A stretch of 61,158 nucleotides of DNA. It comes from Opitutaceae bacterium (lineage in GTDB: Bacteria > Verrucomicrobiota > Verrucomicrobiia > Opitutales > Opitutaceae). The stretch covers positions 1 to 61,158 of the forward strand of contig DATMLS010000045.1 in NCBI GenBank assembly GCA_035569995.1, in the 5' to 3' direction. Of this stretch, positions 46,131 to 58,179 are shown in pieces; the stretch's first letter is position 1; every line of letters begins with the position of its first letter. The translations under genes were made by a program, and so were the position numbers. The notes below the pieces were generated by a model. It was given only the letters and a program-made list of their open reading frames with translations. It was not told where the DNA came from and did no database searches.

Positions 46131-48474
46131 CCCAGCGCGCGGGGTCGCGCAATTTCTATTCCTGTTTTGGCTGCTGGCTGCGGGGGCATTCCGGGGTGCG
46201 GCGCAGGCCCCGGACGCAACGGTGCCGCCTCCTTCCTCCACCGTGGGCGTCATCACCGTCAGGTTTGTCGGCGCCGCCAACGTCGACGAGCAGGTCATCC
46301 GGGCCAACATGCAGGTGCATGAAGGCAGCACCTTCGATGAGACGCTGGTCGATCGCGACATCCGCTCGCTCTACAAGACGGGCCTCTTCGAATACATCGA
46401 GGTGAAGCGCGACGTGCAGCCCGACGGCACGATCAATCTCGTGGTCGAGGTCACGCCCAAGTATCGCGTGCAGGAGGTGCAGTTTGAAGGCAACAAAATG
46501 GTCAAATCCTCCCGCCTGCTCAAGGAGACCAAGACGCGGGCCGGTGCCACGCTTGACGAACGCCAGGTCAAGGAAGACTCCGAGAAAGTCCACGATTACT
46601 ACGAGAAAAAGGGCTACAATCAAATCTCTGTCACCTATGACATCCAACGCGACCGCAGCACCGGCCAGGGCACGGTCATCTTCCGGATCCATGAGGGCAA
46701 CAAGGTCCACCTCTCGGACATACGCTTTATCGGCAACGCCCACATCACCGCCCGCAAACTCCGTCATCAGATGGAAACCAGCCGCTATCATTGGCTCTGG
46801 TCCTGGATAACGGACGGCGGCCGCTACAAAGCCGACCAATTCCAGGATGACCTCGACAAGCTGCGCGACTACTACCGCGACCAAGGCTACCTCGATATCG
46901 ATATCCCGCAGGAAAAAGTCATCCTTGATTATCCCGGGCCCTCGCAACTGGTCGTCACCATTCAAATCACCGAAGGCCGCCAGTACCACATCGGGGCGAT
47001 TTCTTTTTCGGGCAACAAGATCTATTCCGCCCGCCTGCTCCGCCTGGCGCTCCGGCAAAAGCCCGGCATGGTTTTCTCGCCCTCCAAGCTCGACAAGGAT
47101 GTCACGACCCTGGAGGACTTTTACGGGCGGGACGGCTACCTCGAGACGGAGATCCATCTCGTGCGCAAGCCGAACCTCGCCACCGGCAACATCGACATCG
47201 AGTACCAAGTCGAGGAAAGCAAAATTTTTTACGTCGAATCGATCAAGGTCGAGGGCAACACCAAGACCAAGAGCAATGTCATCCTCCGCGAACTCATCCT
47301 CGGGCCTGGCGAGGTGTTTGACACGGTGCGCATGAAAATCAGCAAACAGCGCCTCCAGAACACGGGCTTTTTTGACGACGTCGAGGCCACGCCTGAAACC
47401 ACCAATATTCCCCAGCGCCGCGACCTTAAGATCGCGGTCAAGGAAGCCCGCACCGGCAATCTCACTTTCGGCGCCGGCTATAGCTCGCTCGAAAAAGCCA
47501 CGTTTTTTACCGAGCTCTCCCAGTCCAACTTCGATATCAACAATTCCCACTCTTTCTTCCAGGGCGCCGGACAAAAGTTTCGCATCCGGCTCGAAATCGG
47601 CACGCTTTCCAACGAGGCCGTCATCTCTTTCGAGGAACCGTGGCTTTTCCAGCAAGCGCTTGCGCTTGGCTTCGAGATTTATCGCACCAGTTCCGATTAC
47701 AACAGCGCTTTCTATACGGAAGTTCACACCGGCGGCGAAGTTTATCTCCGTAAACGGCTCTTCGAATTCATCGATGCCGAACTCTCGTACACCTACGACG
47801 TCACGGATATCACGAACGTCACCCCGGATGCCTCTCCCATCATTCAGGAGACCGCCGGCATAACCAAGGAGTCCAAGGTTGGACTCGAGATTGTCCACAG
47901 CTCACTCAACAAATTGATCAACACCACCTCGGGCAACCGCGAACAAATTGACACGACTTTTGTGGGCGGTCCGTTTGGCGGAAACGTGGATTATTACAGC
48001 GTTGAATTCAAAGGCTCCCAGTTCTATCCCCTTTTTGAAGCTCAGAACCAGGTGCTCAGCATCATCGGCCGGGCCGGCGTCAAACAACCCTATGGGCGTA
48101 GCGCCACCGTGCCTTATTTTGACCGTTACTTCCTGGGTGGACCCTACGATCTGCGCGGCTTCGAGTATCGGGGGGTTGGGCCAAAAGACTCCAACCTCGA
48201 GCCCATCGGCGGCAATTCCTACGGCATGTTCAGCCTCGAATACAGCCTCGATGTCGTGAGCCCGGTTCGGTTTGCGTTTTTCTATGACAACGGATTTGTC
48301 AACAATGGTTCCTTCGACCTCAACCCCGGCAACTACAATGACGACTTTGGCTTTGGCGTTCGCCTGTTTATCCTCGGGGCGCCCCTCAGCCTCGACTACG
48401 GCATCCCGATCACGGGCGATGCCTCCAACAAAAAGGGCGGACAATTTAATTTTACCTTTGGCACCCGGTTTTGA
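46111..48474 (+). CDS. bamA: outer membrane protein assembly factor BamA
   Basis: Signal peptide, POTRA repeats, C-terminal bacterial surface antigen barrel ending ...FNFTFGTRF. Confidence 0.85.
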   Translation: MKTILRNPARGVAQFLFLFWLLAAGAFRGAAQAPDATVPPPSSTVGVITVRFVGAANVDEQVIRANMQVHEGSTFDETLVDRDIRSLYKTGLFEYIEVKRDVQPDGTINLVVEVTPKYRVQEVQFEGNKMVKSSRLLKETKTRAGATLDERQVKEDSEKVHDYYEKKGYNQISVTYDIQRDRSTGQGTVIFRIHEGNKVHLSDIRFIGNAHITARKLRHQMETSRYHWLWSWITDGGRYKADQFQDDLDKLRDYYRDQGYLDIDIPQEKVILDYPGPSQLVVTIQITEGRQYHIGAISFSGNKIYSARLLRLALRQKPGMVFSPSKLDKDVTTLEDFYGRDGYLETEIHLVRKPNLATGNIDIEYQVEESKIFYVESIKVEGNTKTKSNVILRELILGPGEVFDTVRMKISKQRLQNTGFFDDVEATPETTNIPQRRDLKIAVKEARTGNLTFGAGYSSLEKATFFTELSQSNFDINNSHSFFQGAGQKFRIRLEIGTLSNEAVISFEEPWLFQQALALGFEIYRTSSDYNSAFYTEVHTGGEVYLRKRLFEFIDAELSYTYDVTDITNVTPDASPIIQETAGITKESKVGLEIVHSSLNKLINTTSGNREQIDTTFVGGPFGGNVDYYSVEFKGSQFYPLFEAQNQVLSIIGRAGVKQPYGRSATVPYFDRYFLGGPYDLRGFEYRGVGPKDSNLEPIGGNSYGMFSLEYSLDVVSPVRFAFFYDNGFVNNGSFDLNPGNYNDDFGFGVRLFILGAPLSLDYGIPITGDASNKKGGQFNFTFGTRF

Positions 48475-48516
48475 TTTTGTTTAGCTCAATCCCATCTGAT
48501 CCAATTTAATCACCTC

Positions 48517-49185
48517 ATGAAGAAATCACTCATCCCATTGTTCGCGCTGGCGGCTTCCCTGGTCTTGGCGCTCACCGTTCGCGCCCAGTCCGAACCCAAA
48601 ATCGTTGTCGTGGATATCGCCAAGGTTTTCGACAACCACTACGCCAAGCAAAGCGAGGAGGCAAAACTCCGCGCCGACGCCCAAAAGGCCCAGGAGGACA
48701 TGCAGCATCTGGTCAAGGATGGGAATGATCTGGTGGACCAATACAAGGAGCTGGTCGACCAATCCAAGAATCCCGCGCTGACCAAGGAGGCCCAGGCCAA
48801 GGCGGACGACGATGCCAAGAAGAAAATGGATGAAATCACCAGCAAGCAAAATGAGCTGGCCTCATTCAAGGAAACCGTCCAGCGCCAGTTTCAAGAGCGC
48901 ATCCAGACCATCCACAACGGCATCGTCAGTAGCATCGGCGTTGCCGCCACGAATGTCGCCAAACGCCATGGGGCCACGCTGGTGCTCGACAAATCCGGCG
49001 TCTCTGCCTTTGGCGCACCCTTTATGATCTACTCCGATCCGGCTTATGATATCACGGATGAAGTGATCATCGAGGTGAACAAGGATCGTCCGGCAGCGCC
49101 GCCGGCCGGCTCCAGCGCCGCGCCAGCGGCTCCGGGCGATGCGCCCAAGCTGACGCTTCCTGCCCTTACGCCCACGAACCCATAA
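48517..49185 (+). CDS. skp: periplasmic chaperone Skp/OmpH
   Basis: Signal peptide plus a coiled-coil OmpH-like domain. Sits between bamA and lpxD as in the conserved cluster. Confidence 0.75.
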   Translation: MKKSLIPLFALAASLVLALTVRAQSEPKIVVVDIAKVFDNHYAKQSEEAKLRADAQKAQEDMQHLVKDGNDLVDQYKELVDQSKNPALTKEAQAKADDDAKKKMDEITSKQNELASFKETVQRQFQERIQTIHNGIVSSIGVAATNVAKRHGATLVLDKSGVSAFGAPFMIYSDPAYDITDEVIIEVNKDRPAAPPAGSSAAPAAPGDAPKLTLPALTPTNP

Positions 49186-49284
49186 GGTCGCAGTCAATTT
49201 CCCCGGCCCCGCTCCCACGAGCGGGGCTTTTTGTTGTGTCGCTCGCGCGTTGCACCGCGCCAAAAAATCGCTCACGTTTTTCGC

Positions 49285-50334
49285 ATGCAGCTTGTCTTCA
49301 CGGCCGCCGAACTTGCGGCCTTGCTTCAACCCCGCGCCAAACGCGGTGCCACGACCGAGACCATCCGGGGCATTGCCGCGCTGGCCGGCGCGCAGGCCGG
49401 TGACCTGTCCTTTCTCGGCAACGCCAAATACAAGAACGAAGTCAAGGCCACCGCCGCTTCGGTCATCCTGCTGCCGGCCGACTACGCCGGTGAGCCGAAG
49501 CCCAACCAGCTTTTTTTCCTCGTGGACAATCCTTCCGTGGCGCTGGCGCGGTTTTGTTCGCACCTCGAGCAGCAACTTTGGCCGCGCCCTGCGCCCGGAG
49601 TGCACGCCACGGCCCATGTCGCGCCTGGTGCGAGCGTCGCCGCCACGGCCACTATCGGCCCGCTTTGCATCGTCGAGGAGGGCGCGGTCGTGGGCGAGCG
49701 CACCCATCTGCAAGCCCAGGTCTTTGTCGGCCGGGGGGCGCGGATTGGCGATGATGGCTGGCTCATGCCTGGCACGATGGTGGCCGCCGAGTGCGTGCTG
49801 GGCCACCGCGTGCGTTTGCAACCCGGGGTCATCATCGGGGGGGACGGCTTTGGCTACGAATTAGTTGCCGGACGCCACGAAAGACTCCCGCAAGTCGGCA
49901 CGGCCGTGGTCGAAAACGATGTTGAGATCGGCGCCAACAGCACGATCGACCGCGCGCGCTTTGGCCGCACGGTGATCGGGGAGGGCACCAAAATCGACAA
50001 CCTGGTCCAGATCGGCCACAATGTCGTCATCGGCAAACACTGCATCATTTGCGGGCAGGCTGGCGTCGCGGGCAGCACCATCCTTGAGGATTATGTGGTG
50101 CTGGGCGGCCAGGTTGGCCTCGCCGGCCACCTGACCGTGGGCCGCGGCGCGCAGGTCGGCGCGCAGGCCGGCGTGCCTTCCGACCTCGCCCCCGGCGTCA
50201 TCGTGCGCGGCACGCCCAGCCTGCCTTTGGTGCTCGAACAGCGCCTCACCATTCTGCGTAACCGTCTCCCCGATCTTTTCCGCCGCGTCGATGCAATCGA
50301 GGAACAGTTAAAAAAACCTTCCGCTGCGCCCTGA
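49285..50334 (+). CDS. lpxD: UDP-3-O-acylglucosamine N-acyltransferase LpxD
   Basis: Left-handed beta-helix hexapeptide repeats and a C-terminal helical extension. Position after skp. Confidence 0.85.
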   Translation: MQLVFTAAELAALLQPRAKRGATTETIRGIAALAGAQAGDLSFLGNAKYKNEVKATAASVILLPADYAGEPKPNQLFFLVDNPSVALARFCSHLEQQLWPRPAPGVHATAHVAPGASVAATATIGPLCIVEEGAVVGERTHLQAQVFVGRGARIGDDGWLMPGTMVAAECVLGHRVRLQPGVIIGGDGFGYELVAGRHERLPQVGTAVVENDVEIGANSTIDRARFGRTVIGEGTKIDNLVQIGHNVVIGKHCIICGQAGVAGSTILEDYVVLGGQVGLAGHLTVGRGAQVGAQAGVPSDLAPGVIVRGTPSLPLVLEQRLTILRNRLPDLFRRVDAIEEQLKKPSAAP

Positions 50335-50356
50335 ACTCGATAACCATGACGGCTAC

Positions 50357-51307
50357 ATGAGCAGCAAATCAGGCCTGAAAATCTTTTCCGGGAATTCAAA
50401 CCGTCCACTGGCAGAGGAAATCTGCAAGTCCATCGGCGTCCCTCTGGGCTCGGCCACAGTCACCTGTTTTCCCGATGGCGAATCATTCGTGAAGATCGAT
50501 GAAAACATCCGCGGCCAGGATGTCTACATCGTCCAATCCACGTGCACGCCGACGAACCATCACCTGATGGAGCTGCTCATTATGATCGACGCCGCGCGGC
50601 GCGCCTCGGCCCTGCGCATCACCGCCGTCATGCCGTTTTACGGCTACGCGCGCCAGGATCGCAAGGACCAGCCGAGGGTGCCCATCACGGCCAAGCTCGT
50701 CGCCAACCTGCTCGTGGCCGCTGGCGCCACCCGCGTGCTCACGATGGATCTGCACAGCCAGCAAATCCAGGGCTTCTTCGATATCCCGGTTGATCACCTC
50801 TTCGCCTCGCCGGTGTTTTTCAAGTATCTCGAAAAACTGAAAGGCAAAAAAATGGTCGTCATCTCGCCTGACATTGGCGGCATGAAGATGGCCGCCGCCT
50901 ATGCGAACATCCTCGGCGCGAGCCTTGGCATGGTCTGGAAAAAGCGCACCAGCGCCACCACCGTCGAGTCCATCACCATCGTCGGCGACGTCGCCGGCAA
51001 GGACGTGCTTATCGTGGACGACATCACCGAGACCGCCGGCACCCTGACCAACGCCGCCAAGCTCATGCGCGAGGCTGGCGCCTCCAGCGTGCGCGCCGCC
51101 GTCAGCCACAGCCTGCTCAGCCCGGTGGCCTACGAACGCCTCGCCAAGGGCTATATCGACGAGCTGATCACGACCAATACGATTCCCATCGATCCGCGCG
51201 GCCTGCCCATCCGGGTGCTCAGCGTCGCCGGCTTGCTTGGCGAAGCCATTGGGCGTATCCACAGCAACGAGAGCGTCACCAGCCTGTTTCGCATCAAGGG
51301 ATTTTAG
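50357..51307 (+). CDS. prs: ribose-phosphate pyrophosphokinase
   Basis: KIFSGNSNRPLAEEI N-terminus. PRPP-binding loop VDDITETAGTL. Confidence 0.9.
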   Translation: MSSKSGLKIFSGNSNRPLAEEICKSIGVPLGSATVTCFPDGESFVKIDENIRGQDVYIVQSTCTPTNHHLMELLIMIDAARRASALRITAVMPFYGYARQDRKDQPRVPITAKLVANLLVAAGATRVLTMDLHSQQIQGFFDIPVDHLFASPVFFKYLEKLKGKKMVVISPDIGGMKMAAAYANILGASLGMVWKKRTSATTVESITIVGDVAGKDVLIVDDITETAGTLTNAAKLMREAGASSVRAAVSHSLLSPVAYERLAKGYIDELITTNTIPIDPRGLPIRVLSVAGLLGEAIGRIHSNESVTSLFRIKGF

Positions 51308-51387
51308 GAAGTAAAAACCCTCCTGCGACGGCGGGCGGAAACTCGGCACGGAACCTTTTGGTGCGTGGTTTTGTCATCTTCTGTTCC

Positions 51388-52797
<1,410 letters not shown>

Positions 52798-52895
52798 GGC
52801 GTGCGCCAAGTATCAAGTAACAGGTAACAAGTATCAGGAGTATGTAGGTAGCGAGCTCTTGTTACTTGATACCTGGCACTTGTTACCTCTCCGAA

Positions 52896-53465
52896 TTAGC
52901 TTCCCGGCTTTTCCACCGGGATTTTGGCCAGCCAGTCGGGGACCTGGTCGGCCGGGTAGGTGGGAAAACTCAATTCCATCAGGGAAATCGACGGCACGTC
53001 GAACTTCGCCACCCCGGCGCTTCGATCCACGAGCATGGCGATGCCCACTGGAACCGCGCCTCCGCGTCGTACGATCTCGAGGGCTTCCAGCACGCGCCCG
53101 CCGCGCGTCACCACGTCCTCGACGACGAGCACGCGCTCGCCCGGGGTGAACGCAAAGCCGCGCCGCAGCACCAGCACATTGTTTTCCTTTTCCACAAAAA
53201 GGTAGCGGGCCCTGGCCTGCCGGGCCATTTCCTGCCCGATGACGAGCCCGCCCATGGCCGGCGCCAGCACGGTCGAGAAGCCCAGGCCGGCCAGCTTGGC
53301 CCGCAGCAGCTCCGCCAGCCGCTCCACCGCATCCATGTGCTGGCAGACCTGCGCACACTGGAAGTAATGCGCGCTGTGCAGCCCCGAGCGGAGGATAAAA
53401 TGGCCCTGTAAGAGCGCCTTTGTGCGGGTGAAAATTTCGAGGGCTTCGGTTTGGGTCGCATCCAT
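52896..53465 (-). CDS. pyrE: orotate phosphoribosyltransferase-like type I PRTase
   Basis: PRPP-binding motif VLVVEDVVTRGG and OPRT-like N-terminus. Confidence 0.75.
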   Translation of the reverse strand: MDATQTEALEIFTRTKALLQGHFILRSGLHSAHYFQCAQVCQHMDAVERLAELLRAKLAGLGFSTVLAPAMGGLVIGQEMARQARARYLFVEKENNVLVLRRGFAFTPGERVLVVEDVVTRGGRVLEALEIVRRGGAVPVGIAMLVDRSAGVAKFDVPSISLMELSFPTYPADQVPDWLAKIPVEKPGS

Positions 53466-53541
53466 GCGCCCACCCTGTGACTTCGCCGTAAAAAAACAAA
53501 AACATTTTTGCAGTGCACGGGATTTAGCCTAGGGTGGCACC

Positions 53542-54387
53542 ATGGTCACCGCCGTGCCTCCCCTCGAAGACGAACTCGGCGACGTGCTGGAGAAGGCGCT
53601 GCGCCAGGCCGGGCTGGCCCTGCCCCTGCTGGCCGAACGCGCGCAGGTGGACGCGGCGCGCTTGGGTGATGCCATCGATTACCGCTCCGATCTGGCGTGT
53701 GACGAGCTGCGCCGGATCGCCGCCGTGCTCGGCCTCAACGAAGTCGGTCTCTGTGCGCTCGGCGTCGGTCGCTATCCGCTGCCGGAGATCGGGAACCTGC
53801 CGTTTTGCGTGTATCCGTTGCACATGGCGCACGGCATCGGGGTCGCCAATGCCTACCTGGTGGCCGAACCCGGGGCCGACCACGGCTTGTTGTTTGACGC
53901 CGGCGCGGCTTTTTCCTCCTTGCAGCGGGTCTGGCCGGCCGTCGTGAAAAAGATCGACGCAGTTTTCCTCACGCATGTCGAAGCCGAGCATGCCGGTGGA
54001 TTGTGCGAAGCGCTCAAGGCCTTCGGGACGCCCCGGGCGTTTGTGCCCGACGGGGCGAGTGCACCGTGCGCCGAACCGCTGGGCGAGGGAGCCGTGCGTG
54101 TCTTCGGCCAGCTTGAGGTGACGGCTTTCAGCACGCCCGGCCATTGTGCGGCGCACAACTGCTATCTCGTGCGCACCCCTGGCCCGAGGGCGGACGGGGC
54201 CCTGCTGGTGTCGGGCGACCTGTTATTTGCCGGCTCGGTGGGCGGTGGCTACTTTTGCCAGCAGCGGCTGGCCGAGCAACTGCATCGCATCCTCGCGGCT
54301 GTGCCGGAAAACACCGTGGTCGCCCCGGGCCATGGGCCGATGACGACGATGAAAAATGAACGGCAATTCAATCCGTTCCTGGCCTGA
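53542..54387 (+). CDS. MBL-fold metallo-hydrolase with N-terminal HTH-like domain
   Basis: Metal-binding segment FLTHVEAEHAGG and later conserved His/Asp residues. Family assignment is tentative. Confidence 0.55.
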   Translation: MVTAVPPLEDELGDVLEKALRQAGLALPLLAERAQVDAARLGDAIDYRSDLACDELRRIAAVLGLNEVGLCALGVGRYPLPEIGNLPFCVYPLHMAHGIGVANAYLVAEPGADHGLLFDAGAAFSSLQRVWPAVVKKIDAVFLTHVEAEHAGGLCEALKAFGTPRAFVPDGASAPCAEPLGEGAVRVFGQLEVTAFSTPGHCAAHNCYLVRTPGPRADGALLVSGDLLFAGSVGGGYFCQQRLAEQLHRILAAVPENTVVAPGHGPMTTMKNERQFNPFLA

Positions 54388-54761
54388 AAGACAGTGGATG
54401 GGTAGGGTGCGTTATCCTTGAGCGGATTAAAAACCCGTGTAGCCACGAAGGATCACAAAGAACACAGAGAACAACCTTTCTTTGAGATCTATGTGATCTT
54501 TCGTGGCAAAAAATTCGGCTGACCGCTTACCAAGCGGAGGGAACGACATCCTCGTCGTGATCCAGGCGATACGGTTACAGAGCTAGCGATACAGTGCAGT
54601 GCCCTCCTTCGTTTCGATAAGTCCGGTTCGGCAAGCCCATCGACTAGCTCAGGGCCTTGAGCTTGTCGAAACTGCCTCAAGGTCCCGAGCATTGTCGAGG
54701 GACTCAAGGCCCTGATCCAGTCGAATGGGCTACGGCGTGGCATTCATCGCAATGCGATGAA

Positions 54762-54838
<77 letters not shown>

Positions 54839-54987
54839 ACAAAAACCGCAGTTCCTTGCAGAACGGTGGATCGAAGAAACTTCGTCCTGCTTGGAACAGA
54901 AAAGAAATGCAGGCAGGCCTTGGGTTCACCAGCAAGGAGAAAACCAAACTTTCACCGCAAACTCCCGCCATCAAATGCGCGCCGGGA

Positions 54988-55521
54988 TTAGTGCACTACG
55001 GCCGCGGGCACGGGAGGAACGTAAGTCAGCGAGCTGGCGGCAACCTTCTGCGTCACCATGTCGTAGGTGCGCTGAATCTCAAGGTCAGCGTTGCGCCGGT
55101 CGATTTTTGCCAGTTCGAGCTGTTTCTTCAGGTCGAAGACTTCGCGCGAGAGCTTATCCTGGTCGGATTGGAGGGAAGCAAGTTGGGCCTGGAGATCGGC
55201 GGCCTGCTTGGCATAACTGTCGGCTTCCTGCTGAAAATTTGCGGTTTCGTCGGCCAATTTCTGCTTGCTGGCTTCAAATTTGGCCAGGTGATCGGCCTCC
55301 TGGCGGGCTTCCTCGGCCCGCTGCTCGTCTTCGCGGGCCTGGGCATCGGCCTGGGCCTTTTTCATGGCTTCTTGCTTGTTTTGCTCAACTTGGGCGGCGG
55401 CGACGGCGGCGACTCGGGCTTTTTCCGCATCAGCCACGGCGAGCTGCGCACTGAATTGCTGGTAGTAGACGCAGAAGGCCGCGAGCAAAACAATCGGGAC
55501 GATAAGATAGAATTTATTCAT
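54988..55521 (-). CDS. membrane-anchored coiled-coil protein (paralog A)
   Basis: N-terminal TM helix followed by an Ala/Gln/Glu-rich heptad coiled coil. Paralogous to 55533..56081. Confidence 0.55.
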   Translation of the reverse strand: MNKFYLIVPIVLLAAFCVYYQQFSAQLAVADAEKARVAAVAAAQVEQNKQEAMKKAQADAQAREDEQRAEEARQEADHLAKFEASKQKLADETANFQQEADSYAKQAADLQAQLASLQSDQDKLSREVFDLKKQLELAKIDRRNADLEIQRTYDMVTQKVAASSLTYVPPVPAAVVH

Positions 55522-55532
55522 GGGAGGCGGGC

Positions 55533-56081
55533 TTAGGAATTGGTGGTGGCGGCGGCCTTTTTGGCGGCATCGGCGTCGGCGCGGGCTTTTTCCGCGGCGG
55601 CCAGCTTATCAAGCAGGCTGATGATGTCTTGGCGGTTGGCTTCGGCTTGCTGGACGTAAGACTTGAGAAAATCCTGTTCTTTCAAGGCTTCTTCCTTGCT
55701 GCTCTGGAGTTCGGCGAGGGCGGCTTGCGCACCCTTGATTTCCTTCGTCAACCCGGTGACTTCCTGCTCAAATTTTTGCTTGTCGTTGTGGGCTTTCACT
55801 CGTGCAGCATCGGCCGCAGAGAGGGCATCCTCCTCGGCTTTATCGCGCGCGAGCTTGGCGTCGCGCTCGGCTTTGCGTTTTTCCGCGTTCAAGTTCGCCT
55901 CAATGCTGGCCTGGCGCCGGGCTTCAGCCTCTTGCTGCAGCTTGGCATTGCGGTCGGCAACCTCCTTCGTGTGTTCCTGTACCTGTAGCTCCGCGTAGTG
56001 ATTCGCGAAGGGAATATAAAACAGGCAAAACACGATTACGCCGCAGAGCGGCACGAGCATATAAATGTATTTTTTCTTCAT
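55533..56081 (-). CDS. membrane-anchored coiled-coil protein (paralog B)
   Basis: Same architecture as 54988..55521. Tandem with 12-nt spacing. Confidence 0.55.
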   Translation of the reverse strand: MKKKYIYMLVPLCGVIVFCLFYIPFANHYAELQVQEHTKEVADRNAKLQQEAEARRQASIEANLNAEKRKAERDAKLARDKAEEDALSAADAARVKAHNDKQKFEQEVTGLTKEIKGAQAALAELQSSKEEALKEQDFLKSYVQQAEANRQDIISLLDKLAAAEKARADADAAKKAAATTNS

Positions 56082-56099
56082 GGCAAAATGAGGTGAAAG

Positions 56100-57539
56100 T
56101 TACTCGGTTTTTCGGAAAGCGGCGTCGCGTTGCTCAATGGCGGATTTCACCGCTTCGCGGAGGCTGGCAATGGTTTTGTCATCGGCGGGAGAATGGGGAT
56201 ATTTGGCGGCGCTTTCCACGGCTTGTCCAGCCAGCTCGAACTTCTGCAATTCAATGGCCAGGTAGGCGTAGAACAGCCACGATTGTGCGGGTTTTTCACC
56301 GCCATCCCTCGCCACGCAGGCTTGAATATCAGCCAGCGCCTCGGCCGTTTTGTCCATGCCATAGAGAATTTGCGCGGCGACAAAATTGAACTGGCCTTTT
56401 TCGGGGAAGAGACTGGCGGTTTCGTGCAGGACATCCACGGCTTTCAAGTCCTTGTGCAGTTGCTGGTAGGCGTCGGCCAGTAGCACCCAGTTTCCCGGGC
56501 TGGATTTGATGCTTCCATCGTGCAGGCCGCTCTCGAGCAGCTCGGCGCCCTGCTGGTATTGGCCAATATTGAAATAAAGGCTGAACAGCTCGAAATTATC
56601 CTCCGGCCTGTTCAACGCCCCATACTTATGGGCACGCTCAATGGTGACGATGGCGCGTAAATTGTATTCAAAAGCCTTCTTTTCGTCCTTATCCTTGATC
56701 GCCTCATTGGCCAGGGCGGCATAGAAAGCCGTGAGTTGCTGCCAGTAGGATTTATTGTCCGGCTTGGTTTTTAGGATAAACTCGAGAACATCAGCTGCGT
56801 CGGCGTAATGACCGAGTTGCTGCAGGGTGGCCAATTGCAGGACGTACAAATTATCATTGGGAGCCACCGCCGAGCGCAGGCCTTTTTCAGTTTCGACCAG
56901 GGCCTTTTTGATGAGATCCAGGTCGACGTGTTTCGGATCAAGGTTGGCCTCGGTGTAAAGGAGCTGGGCGTAGAACATTTCGGCGTTCTCCATGCTGTTC
57001 GCGGCAGGCGACGGCGGCGGCAGGGCCGAGGGATCAGTTTGGGCGACTTCAATCCAGCGCTCGATGACGGTCCGGGCCGTGTCATAGTCGCCGCGTTGGG
57101 CCGTGGGGTCTTTGTTGATGGCGCCCCGTTCAAAGCAGAGATTGGCAATGTAGAAGCGCAATTGCTGGTTGGCTTTGGCCTCGAAGAAGCCGTAAGTATC
57201 GGAGAGATTGAGCGCGGTCTGCAGCGGCTCGATCGCGGCGAAGCGGGAAGTGGTGTCGTTCTTTCGGAAAAGATAAGTGGCCTTGCTTTGTGAAAGTACG
57301 GCCCGGTCAAAGCTGTTGGCGGGAACCGTTGCCAAAAGGGAGTCCACCAAGGCGATGGCCTCATCCAATTTGCCCGCATCTTCGAGGGGCTTCAAGTCCT
57401 GCAGCTTTTCGGAGGTGGCATCGCTGAGCTCGGCGGCTGGTTTATCATCAGCCCGAACCGGGGCCAAGGCTGCGCAGAAAAACACCGCCAGCAGCAGGAC
57501 GCGGAAGAAAGACGAAAAGGGTGAAGCAGTCGTAGACAT
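56100..57539 (-). CDS. tetratricopeptide repeat (TPR) protein with signal peptide
   Basis: Multiple TPR-like helical repeats. Last gene after tonB in the exb/tonB operon. Confidence 0.75.
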   Translation of the reverse strand: MSTTASPFSSFFRVLLLAVFFCAALAPVRADDKPAAELSDATSEKLQDLKPLEDAGKLDEAIALVDSLLATVPANSFDRAVLSQSKATYLFRKNDTTSRFAAIEPLQTALNLSDTYGFFEAKANQQLRFYIANLCFERGAINKDPTAQRGDYDTARTVIERWIEVAQTDPSALPPPSPAANSMENAEMFYAQLLYTEANLDPKHVDLDLIKKALVETEKGLRSAVAPNDNLYVLQLATLQQLGHYADAADVLEFILKTKPDNKSYWQQLTAFYAALANEAIKDKDEKKAFEYNLRAIVTIERAHKYGALNRPEDNFELFSLYFNIGQYQQGAELLESGLHDGSIKSSPGNWVLLADAYQQLHKDLKAVDVLHETASLFPEKGQFNFVAAQILYGMDKTAEALADIQACVARDGGEKPAQSWLFYAYLAIELQKFELAGQAVESAAKYPHSPADDKTIASLREAVKSAIEQRDAAFRKTE

Positions 57540-57545
57540 GGTGGA

Positions 57546-58178
57546 TCAGGAATCGCCGTTGAGATCGAAGGCAATGGGAACTTCCATGCGGGTATTGACG
57601 GCATGGCCGCCTTTCCTGCCAGGTTTGAAGATCCATTTTGAGACGGCGGTGATGGCGGCTTGGTCTAATTCGTTGGAACCGGAGCTGCTGACGACATGCG
57701 CCTCCTGCACATGGCCTTCCGCGTCGCAAATGAAGCCGACGTGAACCGTGCCGGTGGTGCCGTTGATCCTCATTTCTGGGGGATACTGGGGTTGCGCTTG
57801 AAAGCGTGCCGCGGGTACTTGGTCGAGGTCGGCCAGGTCGAAAATCTTTACATTCTTGAGATTGGCGCGCTGAACGTTAATATTAACGTTACCGAGATTT
57901 AGGCTCGAAGGTGGGGGCGGCTCGACGGGCGTGACAAAGGCATCGACCGGCACGGTGGTGGGTATGTCGGCCAAGGCGGGCGGGGCGACAATCGGCGTAT
58001 CGGTTTGCTCCTGCTCTTTTTCCGGCTCGTCCGGTGGCGGCAGGGGGGGGATGACGATTTTAATCAGGGGTCCATCGTCTTCCACGACTGCGCGTTTGGC
58101 GGTCGTCTTGGGCACCATCGCCACGCCGACATGGATGCCGAGGACCAGGAGAAAAGCAATGAGGGTGTCGCGACGCAT
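57546..58178 (-). CDS. tonB: energy transducer TonB (TM anchor, Pro-rich spacer, C-terminal TonB domain)
   Basis: Pro-rich segment PPLPPPDEPE..., then the C-terminal domain GTVHVGFICDAEGHVQEAHVVSSSG. Confidence 0.75.
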   Translation of the reverse strand: MRRDTLIAFLLVLGIHVGVAMVPKTTAKRAVVEDDGPLIKIVIPPLPPPDEPEKEQEQTDTPIVAPPALADIPTTVPVDAFVTPVEPPPPSSLNLGNVNINVQRANLKNVKIFDLADLDQVPAARFQAQPQYPPEMRINGTTGTVHVGFICDAEGHVQEAHVVSSSGSNELDQAAITAVSKWIFKPGRKGGHAVNTRMEVPIAFDLNGDS

Positions 58179-58179
58179 T

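Noticed and set aside
46156-47898. 580-aa ORF antisense to bamA; also 48862..49821 and 50483..51349 antisense to lpxD/prs, and 51421..52572 antisense to htrA
   Set aside because: All lie opposite strongly supported core genes and have a Gly/Asp/Arg/Ala-rich composition.
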